Assembly (NCBI GenBank): GCA_012295275.1
Contig: CM022669.1
Coordinates: 9,858,001 to 9,922,000 of the forward strand
Length of the DNA: 64,000 nucleotides
Origin: Chrysomallon squamiferum
Taxonomy: Eukaryota > Animalia > Mollusca
Direction of reading: 5' to 3'
The notes below the pieces were generated by a model that had not been told where the DNA came from, searched no databases, and saw only the letters and a program-made list of their open reading frames with translations. Position 1 is the first letter of the stretch; every line of letters begins with the position of its first letter. Below are positions 53,755-64,000 of the stretch, one piece after another. A program made the translations under genes and the position numbers.

Positions 53755-53992
53755 CCTGTTAAATTATCTAGATATATTTACTCCTGTTTATTGTCTAGAC
53801 GTATTTACTCCTTAAATTATCTAGATGTATTTACTCGTGTTAAATTATCTAGACGTATTTACTCCTGTTAAATTATCTAGATATATTTACTCCTGTTAAA
53901 TTATCTAGATATATTTACTCATGTTAAATTATCTAGACGTATTTACTCCAGTTAAATTATCTAGATATATTTACTCATGTTAAATTATGTAG
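53755..53992. repeat. 28-bp minisatellite GTTAAATTATCTAGA(T/C)(A/G)TATTTACTCCT, ~8 units
   Basis: Head-to-tail units without spacers. Confidence 0.92.
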
Positions 53993-54423
53993 TGTCTTTG
54001 TAAAATAAATATTGTAATTCTAAGCAGGATGGATGCCCAGTAAAAAGTGCTTCGATTTTAATTTTAATTATAAGTAGAATTAAATGGCCACCTGTCTTTT
54101 CTCATGTTTTTATTTTCAAGCTGACATTTTTACTGATGGTGTAAAGACATCATTTCACTAACCGACTGTTAGAATGTTAAAAAGTTAATTACGTATCAGG
54201 TTGGTATAATTATGTTTATGCTCCTTCTGAAATGTACTTCGATATCAGTTTAATAAAAAGATCACGTGGTTTTATATATCAAAAACAAATTAATGTTTTC
54301 CTAACTGTTATGAATATTTTATTAAAACCGGGCAGGATGTTTGTACTGGATAATATCGGATTTAATGGCCATACAAAATTAATACATCAAAACGCAATTG
54401 TACATGAATATTTATTTTATCGT

Positions 54424-54426
<3 letters not shown>

Positions 54427-54505
<79 letters not shown>
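54427..54505. repeat. (CT)n microsatellite
   Basis: Directly visible. Confidence 0.97.
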
Positions 54506-54512
<7 letters not shown>

Positions 54513-54905
54513 CAGTAACTCACGCAACCCACACCTTTAGTAATGCGCACCTATACTGACATTGTTATGTTGAATTACGAAAAAGGCGGACCTCGGGAAA
54601 TGACTCCAGTCTTCTCTCTTGTTCCCATGGAAATAGTTAAATCATCCGCGGCGTCTAGTGACATTTCATCGGACCCAGTCGTCAAAAAACTTCTTTCACG
54701 GTTATATTTCCTAAAGGGACTAAAATCGATGCACAATTGACGAATTTGGCGAGGGCACTTTCACAAATTAAAATTATCATGCAAATGACAATAATGGTTG
54801 ATTGTGTGCAGTCTGATCTGAAAATTGGGAATTAATTTTTTTTTATTTTATTTTGTTTTTTCTTTCTTGACAAACTACAGATATGTTATTCGGAAAGTGT
54901 TGCAT

Positions 54906-54936
<31 letters not shown>

Positions 54937-55614
54937 TTTGTTTGTTTGTTTACTTATTTATTTATTATTATAATTATTATTATTACCATTATTATTATTA
55001 TTATTATTATTTGTCAAATTATTAGGGGTTCGCCAAACAGTTTAGGCAGTAGTTGCAGTAGTAGTAGTTGCCGTAGCATTAACAATGGTAATAGTTACAA
55101 GTGGTAGTATTGTTTTGTAATGACATCATTAATCATCTGTTTATTGTTTATTGAAATGTCAAATGACAATAAAAACATAACATAATACATTGTATATATA
55201 AAATGATACTGTCATTTAGGCTAATTGGACTAACGACACATATAAAACATATTAATACACACATATGCATTAATTACAGTAGCAGCAATAGAAATTGTGG
55301 TGGTAGCCGTAGTAGTAGTATCAGTAGTAGCAGCAGTTGTAGAGTAGTTATATTAGTAGTAGTAGTAAGAATAGAAGCAGCAGGAGTAGTAATAATTGTT
55401 GTTGTTGTTATACTAGCAGTAGTAGTAATCGCAATAGTACATACGTAGATATATAGTTTTCTTTATCGACTGGCAAACTTTTATATATAATACTGTAAAC
55501 AATTCTCAATTATATCTACGTTACAGCTTAAAATCATACACCAGTTATTTTAATATTCTTTGGAATAGGAAGCGAAAGCAAATAATCAAAGAAAACAAAA
55601 CTAAATAAAACAAA

Positions 55615-55810
55615 ACCCCGCCACCTATCTACTTTCACACCGGCTGCACGTGCAGCCTATCACGTGTCAACCGGATGATCCTCATGGGTGACGGAACAGA
55701 AATCTGCGTACCGACATCCTGTGTTTAGTAGGACCATTGACGATCACTTCTGATTGGTTGTATAGGAGAAAATTATCGGCCGGAACATTCCGTCTGGACG
55801 GAAATTGTCC
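55615..55810 (+). promoter_or_regulatory. Candidate TATA-less promoter of an unidentified downstream gene
   Basis: CpG-richer patch with CCCCGCC, two CACGTG (55647, 55661), ATTGG and CCGGAA; candidate ATG...|GTAAAT micro-exon at 56019-56036. Confidence 0.45.
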
Positions 55811-56149
55811 TTATGTGATGGACTCGAGAAGAATCCGTTTTGATAGATAGTCTTTCACTCACACCTTTCATATCGCAAATTGCACATGTTACGAGCTAAG
55901 AAAAACAGTTAATTGTGCGAGTATCGATCAGTATTTTTTTTTTTTTCTTCAACTTAATTTTGTTCGAACTGTGATTACAGGAAGTGTTCTGGACAGTAAA
56001 TCAGTTGAAAAAAGAAAAATGTCCAGACACTATTTGGTAAATATTACTTTTAGTTTTGTACAGCTTTGATCTGGAATAACGGTGATTTTTAATGTTATAA
56101 TAATATTTTTTTTTTGTTTACTTTTTATTTAAAATCAATATTTTTTTTT

Positions 56150-56154
<5 letters not shown>

Positions 56155-56191
<37 letters not shown>

Positions 56192-56204
56192 GTTTATTAT
56201 TATG

Positions 56205-56255
<51 letters not shown>
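56155..56255. repeat. (ATT)n microsatellite
   Basis: Directly visible; similar tracts at 29805-29865 and 41110-41164. Confidence 0.95.
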
Positions 56256-56896
56256 GCTTATTTATGTACGAAATAATTATATTATTGGAAAATAGACTGG
56301 ATAAGAATAGTATTATTATTATATTTTTAATTTATTTTTTAATAATTTTGTTGTGTGTGTGTGTGTGTTTTGTTTTATTATTATTTTTATTATTTTTAGG
56401 TTATGCGAATGCGATATAACATAAAAAGTTGAAATGACTTTCATCTTAAAACAGAAGTAAAAAATGTCGACATAATATATGAGTGGCCTGCTAGTTACGT
56501 TACCTAACTCTACACAGACTGTGGTGGACGAACACTTCAGCTAACTAAGCATAAGAATAATCAAATTGTTTTGATCGAAATCGATATTTTTGGACTGTTT
56601 AACATCCAGTAGTGGGGCGGGGGGGGAAGTAAAGGGAAAAAAGAAATAACGGAAAGGTGGAACAAATAAATGTGGCTTCCATTAATTTAGAATTTCTCTT
56701 CCATTTGAGAATGGAAAAAAAAAAAAAAAAACAACAAAAATACGTCCCACATAAAATAATGTCGCTTTTCGTTTCTGAATGATTTGCGAAAGGATTAACA
56801 CTATTGTGAGATTTATAATAAGGTTTTTGTACTTATGTATTTATTTATTTATTTTAATTTCAGACAATCTGAAATATATGCAGCAGCAGCAACATC

Positions 56897-56954
56897 AGTA
56901 GTAGTAGTAGTAGTAGCTGTAGTAGTAGTAGTAGCTGTAGTAGTAGTAGTAGCT

Positions 56955-56992
<38 letters not shown>
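56897..56992. repeat. (GTA)n microsatellite
   Basis: Directly visible; source of the poly-Val ORF. Confidence 0.95.
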
Positions 56993-56993
<1 letters not shown>

Positions 56994-57162
56994 TACGTAC
57001 TCATGACTAATGAAGAAAACCTGGTTTTCGCTCACACTTTGTTAATACTTTTATTCATTTTTAATAAGCTGGTGTTACTCAGACATTGCTATTAAAACTT
57101 GATGAAAATTTCTTTTGTGGCCATTCCAGGGAGATTCGGATATAATTAATTACATTATATGA

Positions 57163-57240
57163 TCCAGTGGGGCGTATCGAACTCGTGACCTATCCTTGCA
57201 TCAGGAGACTGCTGCACCTTTGAACTGCTTCTCGCTAGCT
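57163..57240 (-). mobile_element. Possible degenerate tRNA-like / SINE head
   Basis: Minus strand has B-box GAGTTCGATAC with only a weak A-box upstream; no convincing cloverleaf. Confidence 0.28.
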
Positions 57241-59989
57241 TAACCAAAATTAATAATAATTTTGAAAAAAGAAAAAAAAAAAAAAAAAAAAAAAAAAGAT
57301 GATCGAACACAGTGAATATTACATATTAATTATGATCATGTAACTTAAAACTACAGAAAGATAAAAAGCCAGAAATAAAACCGGTCACGCTGCAGTGGGC
57401 ACGTAATCCCAGGACCGTGACTGCCTCGGCCATTAGCTAATAATTATATTGAGATAGGTTAGCAAGAGCAGACATCTCTTGTCCTTGATCCGTTTTGTGT
57501 AGTCATCGCTTATCAATGATTATTACAACAAGATAACAGAACATATGTAATCTGTTTGCGTGATAATAAAAGAGGCACTTTTTCTATATAGATATATTCA
57601 TTATTCAGTATTTAGTGAATAGCTGATAATTTAATAATCATAACTGTTTTTATATGCAATTGTTGTCGATGTTTTTATTGTTCGTAATTCTGTTTACACA
57701 AATGCCGATATTGTTTTCATTATAATAACGTTATTTTATTTAAGAGCCTTTATTTTCTGCTTGTTTTTTAAATAAACAGTCATTCATTATTCGTTAGTTC
57801 TTTTATAAATAGTCTGAATGTGAGATTTCTAAAGATGCGTTTGTAATTCGGTATTAGCTTTAAACTTCCATTTGACAAATTATAGGAGTCTGAACACGGA
57901 TTCGATCCTAATATATACTTGCCTTCATGAAAACCAAAATTATCTCTTTTCTTTTTTAAAGTCATTAACCTAGCTACAATTTCAACAGACAGGCTATACT
58001 TACTGCTTGTCCAGGAAAACAAGCTTTAACCCCTATACAAACACGCTATACTCTCTACTTCATTGTTTTTCCAAGAAAACAAACTCCAACTCTTATGTAA
58101 ATACGTGTTAATCCTAAATGAACGCTTTACAGGACGATCATCAAGTAGCCTGTAATTACATTATTAACACGATAAAAAAATGAAACGTAAATACATTATC
58201 TTATTTTGCTTTTAGACTTTAGTGGAGCAAGATAAACAAAAAAGGAAAAGATAACTTAATTGTTTAATCATATTCTTTCCAGATGGTTAATGATACGCGA
58301 AATGGACTTTCATCATCATCGCTCTGAAAATTCATCACTCGAAACCCCCCCCACCATCCTCCACGCGCCTTTGCCAATATCTTCTTCGCTGAACACGTGT
58401 TTGTTTGTTTTTTCATAAGGAGCCGAACTTAAAAGGTTCAGATGCGCTCACAAATGGTTAACTTGCTCCCTGGAGAGTTAAGTGAATGAAACGAAAGTAA
58501 AAATGAAAGTTAACGCTCGGGTGAGTTAATGTGTTTGGAAGTGGAAGAAGATGTACTCTCCGTATTTGATGTGAAACACGTGTCGCATTTTGTGTAATAA
58601 ATACTGTGAGACGTTTCCAATTACTTATCATATTTATTTATTTATTTTAATTATTATTATTTATCATTATTTATTATTAATTTTTTTTTTATATTGCTAT
58701 GTTTCAAATGTGTCTGAACCAAACTTCATAAACATTTGAACATCTGTTGACGGAGTCACGGATTCCGAATTTAATATGATTATTACAACGTGATGAAAAA
58801 AAAGCCTATATGATTTGTTTGCATAGTAACAAAACAGAAATAAAGAAAGGATTGTAATTTGTGTTTCTTTATTTTATGCAAAACGAAAAACAAATGTGTA
58901 TTTTATAACTTTTGAATGTATTCAGTCTGTTATATATTTATTCATTCATTATATAGATAGGTAGATAGATAGATAGAATGTCCGTTTGTTCATATGTATT
59001 TATCATTCAAATTATCTGTTTTTCTGTCTCTCATTTATGTTCCTCCAAACTCCATCAGTAAGTCTGTCTGTCTGTCTGTCTGTGTGGCTGTGTCGCCCTG
59101 TCTATATCTAGTTAGCTATCATAATATCTCTGGGTTTTTTTTTCGCACTGCTGTTAAGTATGGGTCTACTATTTATAAACCAATATCTTACTGATCTGAC
59201 AACAAAAAAATTGTTCGCTTCAGGCTAAATAAAATTAAACCTGAAATATTTATAAACTGTTGACACATTTCGTAGGGTTCGATCTCTTCTTTGCACTCAG
59301 CGTAAGAATGTCAAAGCAATACGAAACTGCGGCTGGGTCTAACCGCACCCACTTCCGATCATTCTCGAACCAGTCACCCGGGATTATGTCTTATTGTCTG
59401 CACATTTATGCGTGATTAAGCGAAAACTAAAACCCACATATTTATTCATCAACGAAACTCGCCGGACTACAATCCCTAATATCGACATAGACGCCCAGTT
59501 CCGTTATATAATTTTTTTTGTGTTCTTTCTTTCTATTTTTTCAAATAAGTCGTCCGAAAGGTGATTTGAAATGTAAATACTGGAGTTGTGCCTCGGGGGG
59601 AACCCGTAATGAAAATGTAATTGTTCGTTAAGTTAGACTCACTTGGTCACGGGCAGTGTTTAGATCTATAATCTGATATAAAATGATTAACGTTTTCTAA
59701 TGTCGTGATCAATATTTAGATTGTGTGTGTGTTACTCATGTCTGCATTTATATAATTATCATGTGTGTGAATGGTTAGGTGCATTGTTTGTTTTAGCATA
59801 TATCATTATTAACAATCGAGGCAGTATGTATTAACGCTGTATGATTATTAGTAAACGATTATGTTTGTATATATTAATGTATATGATTATTATGTTTATA
59901 TTAACGTGTATAATTATTAATGAATAACTGAGTTGGTTTGTTGTGTGTGGGCATATGATTATCTAAAATGACTGTATGTATTTGATGAT

Positions 59990-60240
59990 GTATGTAATGT
60001 AATTAGTAAATACGTATGTTATGTCATTTTCATTGAATAATTGATATGGATAGGTATATTATATCAATTAATATTTATTTCTTGTGTGCATTTCTGTGAA
60101 TTACTGGATGTTTTTGATGTTTGTATGAATATAATTAGTAAATATTTACGTGTTATGTTATTTTCATTGAATAATTGTTATCTATAGAGATATATTATTT
60201 CAGTTGATATTTATTTCTTGTATGGATTTCTGTGAATGAT
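59990..60240. repeat. Diverged ~133-bp tandem duplication
   Basis: AATTAGTAAATA...TTTTCATTGAATAATTG...ATATTTATTTCTTGT...ATTTCTGTGAAT occurs twice. Confidence 0.8.
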
Positions 60241-60603
60241 TATATATTGTATGTATGAATAGTATTTCAGTTAATAATTATGTGTGGCGTTTATGTATAC
60301 AATTAATTGTTTTGCTTGTGCTAATGTCTATAATAAAGATATGTGTTATTAGTTTATGTATATAATTTTAATGAATAATGTGATTTTCAATGTCAATGAA
60401 TATTTGACATATGAATGGATGCATATATATAGTTCGTGCGTACGTCTGTGCTACAGATAAACGTATGAACGTCCAAATGTAAACGACGTATTTAGACCAC
60501 CCCCTTCAAGCAAAAATTTTGAAAATGTTTTTATAACTAATAACTATTGTTAATCGGATCTGAAGACGTTTTTCTAATGCTGTTGTTGAAATTCTAGTTT
60601 TAG

Positions 60604-60667
60604 ATCATGATTCTATTGTTGTTGTTGTCTTGGTCATCATGATTCTATTGTTGTTGTTGTCTTGGTC
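60604..60667. repeat. Perfect 32-bp tandem duplication
   Basis: ATCATGATTCTATTGTTGTTGTTGTCTTGGTC x2. Confidence 0.92.
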
Positions 60668-61610
60668 GTTTCAGTATACGACATATTAACTGTTTGGAGC
60701 ACAGTTAACCAAAATTAGTAGCTGATCCTGATGATGTCACTTCCACCGTTTTTAACGACGACGACGACGATGTTGATGCCAGATAGGTTTGGCGTCTGTA
60801 ATTTGTTAATTTTGCCGCTCTAGTTGGGATTTAATTATCTGAACACGTCAGTGAAATTCATTTTTTAAGGTCGACTGAGTGTAATCTCTGATTTAATCGA
60901 CCGATTTGTGTTCTTAAACATAATTTTTGTCATTAGTCCCTATCTGAATTAACCAACAGATGCATCCAGTAATAATTAGATATTTGTGAATAGCTTCATT
61001 GTACTTATCGCGAAAAGATCATCTGCACTTTAGTAACAATTTGTACCCAGACCTGGCGTGCACCAGTTACATGTCCACCCGAATATTTCAGCCTTTTCTA
61101 AATATAAAATATCAGTCTTGACTGCATTATTCAAAACCCTTTGAATGTTATACGTAAACCAGTTTTAGTAGCCATAAATATATATATATATACATATACT
61201 TTAACTAATATCGCTTATTAAGTACCAAACATACATTGTTATATATGCTAACGATAATAAATTTGAGAAAGAAAAACAGCTGGCTATTCCTATCGATTAG
61301 CAGTAATGCATGTTTTCTATACACCGTCCTACAAACAGAAAAGCACAACGGTATTCGAACCTCTAGCTACAAAGGGAAATAGTCAATAGACAATGACTGA
61401 ATTTTCTCAACCTATGACTCTGTCACGGAGATGGACTTGCTCTTTACATTTATCATAAGCTTTGTTTATTATTGTCTGCTTTTAATACATTTTAGAGCAC
61501 TTGTTATATTGGGATATACAGCAAAAGAGGAACTGAAAAGAATCGATCGAGTAGTCGTTTCGATTGCATCCGCGTTTTGCTTTTAACAGGTTATTTATTT
61601 GTTTATTTAT

Positions 61611-61612
<2 letters not shown>

Positions 61613-61643
<31 letters not shown>

Positions 61644-61649
61644 CTTCTT

Positions 61650-61680
<31 letters not shown>

Positions 61681-61751
61681 TTATTATTATTAGTATTGTT
61701 GTTGTTATTATTTGCATGAGTATTAGTATTAGTATTATTACTATCGTTATA

Positions 61752-61785
<34 letters not shown>
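61613..61785. repeat. (CTT)n plus (ATT)n tract
   Basis: Directly visible. Confidence 0.93.
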
Positions 61786-61786
<1 letters not shown>

Positions 61787-62896
61787 TAAAATTATATATT
61801 TATTTATTATGTTTTGCTTTTTGTTACATAATAATAATTAAACAGGTCGCGATATTGAAGATTTTTTTCCTCTCTTTCACAAATATCCCAGTGAGGACAG
61901 TTTTAGACTTTTGTGAAAAGCAGCTTTGAACTTTAACACAGTCCTGTTGGTTAGTCAGACTGGAAAATTGCTGCTAGAAAACGCTGATCGCTTTCAATAA
62001 AAACGACAGTTTCGTTTCCTTTTCCTTTTCTTTTTTTTATGACTATTCTCCTTTCTTTTTCCTTTTTGTTCTTTTTATTTCTCTCTTTCTTTCTTTTTTT
62101 TTTTTTTTTCTATTTTTACGTCAAAATGGTCAAAGCAGAAGACATGTTCTGTTTCGTTTCATTTAAATTACAGATCTTTTTGATGCAATTTCGTTATGTT
62201 TACCATTAGGCAGATTTCGTGAATGTTGGTCGACGCTGATGTTGAAAGAGATAACACGTTTTACACTCAATCTGTGAGAGATGGCTCTCCGCTTCAGACT
62301 TTATGCTACTGAAGATAGCCGAATATCCGATATGCAAATTAAATAGGATCCCGTTATAGAAGCATGGAAACTGTGAAGTAGTATCGGTTCTGCGACCATA
62401 AAGAAAGGAAAAAAATCGCGATTTTTAAGTAAAATAAAAACGGGTTTACAAGAACCGAATAATCATGATTTTAAAGTATAGTTAAACAGAACGAATTAAT
62501 GTAGCAAGGATTTTTTTTGTTGGTTTTTTTTGGTTGCATTTTATGTAAAATAGAACGAATAATCATGATTTTAAATTTATAAACTAAAAAATGTCGTGTG
62601 ACATTATTCATTTCCTGTTAATGATAATATATCAACCAAAAAAACTACCAAAAAACCCCCCCAAAACGTAGTATTTATTTCTTGTTTTTAAATTTTATTT
62701 AATTATCATTATGTGTTTTTTTTTTTGCTGCTTGAAAAGATTTTACGTGTGAATGAAACCTGTCAGAGTAATCTGTTTTAATATTTTATATCTGTTTTTA
62801 GAAAAAAATTCTTTGTTTTCCTGTTTTTCCAGTTTGTCAAAAATATTAAACATCAAGAATAAGCATTATTATTTTCAATGGTTTCATAACAACAGT

Positions 62897-63064
<168 letters not shown>

Positions 63065-63698
63065 AATGTTTTCAAGGCTATTAAAAAAGTTAAGATTCAA
63101 ATTAATCTTGAAGGAAAATAGGATCGAATGAAACAGAGAAATCAGTTTCTCGCGATCAACGTTCCTTGGTGCATTTCTGCGACACGAAATCAAAGAACAA
63201 GACTCAAAAGACTGATCACTTTTTAAATTCTGATTTATCGAGCAGATTTCTCCATGCATTTGTAAAGAGCTTGTAAATGAATCGGGCCATGCAACAGTCG
63301 AGCGAAAATTTAAGCTTTATGCAAATAAGAGAGAATAAAAATGTAAAAAGCTGAAGATGAAAATACAAAATATATCGACTATAATTTTCATAATTTTTAT
63401 TAAAATTTAAAAGCTGTACGTAAACGTGGAAGAAACTGTAATTACAAATTTTGACTTCGTTTGTAAAAATATAAAATTAATGCCTACAGGCGAATTTCAA
63501 GTCAGTTATTTTTCAACGGCATTAAGTCATTGTTAAAACTGAGTATATCACTAGCTCAAAATATTGTCTATAAATGTAAGTTTAATTTTATATTATTCTC
63601 CTCAATTCCGAATGAAAAAAACGTCATGTGAAAATCCCAAACGCACACACATTAATATGTACATACTATATGTACATTTAATACATACATACATACCT

Positions 63699-63741
<43 letters not shown>

Positions 63742-64000
63742 GATAGATAGATATATATATGTATATATATAATATTTATATATATATATATGTATATATA
63801 CATATATATATGTTTACATATATAGTACGTACATACATACATACATATATATATACATTTATAAATATATACGAATATTGAACATATATCCATATATACG
63901 TTGACACTTAAACACACACATGCATACAAAATAACCTGAAACAAGATTTGTCTTACCCACACAAAGTCATAAACATTATCAAAACTCTAACCTACTAAAC

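Noticed and set aside
53755-53992. 28-bp repeat with palindromic TCTAGA core as a CRISPR array
   Set aside because: Units are contiguous with no unique spacers, there are no cas genes, and the context is eukaryotic.
58282-58462. Possible exon after TTTCCAG (MDFHHHRSENSS...)
   Set aside because: Short, no recognisable homology and no convincing donor or frame link to other exons.

Overview
Eukaryotic, AT-rich, microsatellite-rich animal genomic DNA (invertebrate; mollusc-like by inference, not established). It starts with an intronless-CDS LSM10 gene on the minus strand, followed by a ~50 kb cluster of ten alpha-tubulin genes (orientation + + + + + - + - + -). All ten share one 4-exon plan: ATG alone in exon 1, then introns after codon 1, within codon 76 and after codon 176. 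Nine copies are intact (450-452 aa, MREC start, K40, C-terminal Tyr). Copy 5 has a 1-nt deletion in an A-run (pseudogene or sequencing error). The copies are mosaics of four promoter types, several intron types and three 3'UTR types, which points to gene conversion and inversion-mediated shuffling. The most notable non-coding signals are a duplicated ATG|GTAAGC start/donor unit in copies 1 and 10 (in frame in copy 1), a conserved 5'UTR hairpin-like motif in nine copies, X-box-like promoter motifs, orphan 3'UTR relics and a promoter-like insertion. The last ~11 kb is mostly non-coding, with a candidate promoter and first exon near 55.6-56.0 kb. No prokaryote-type system or CRISPR is present. 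All alignments were made by eye.
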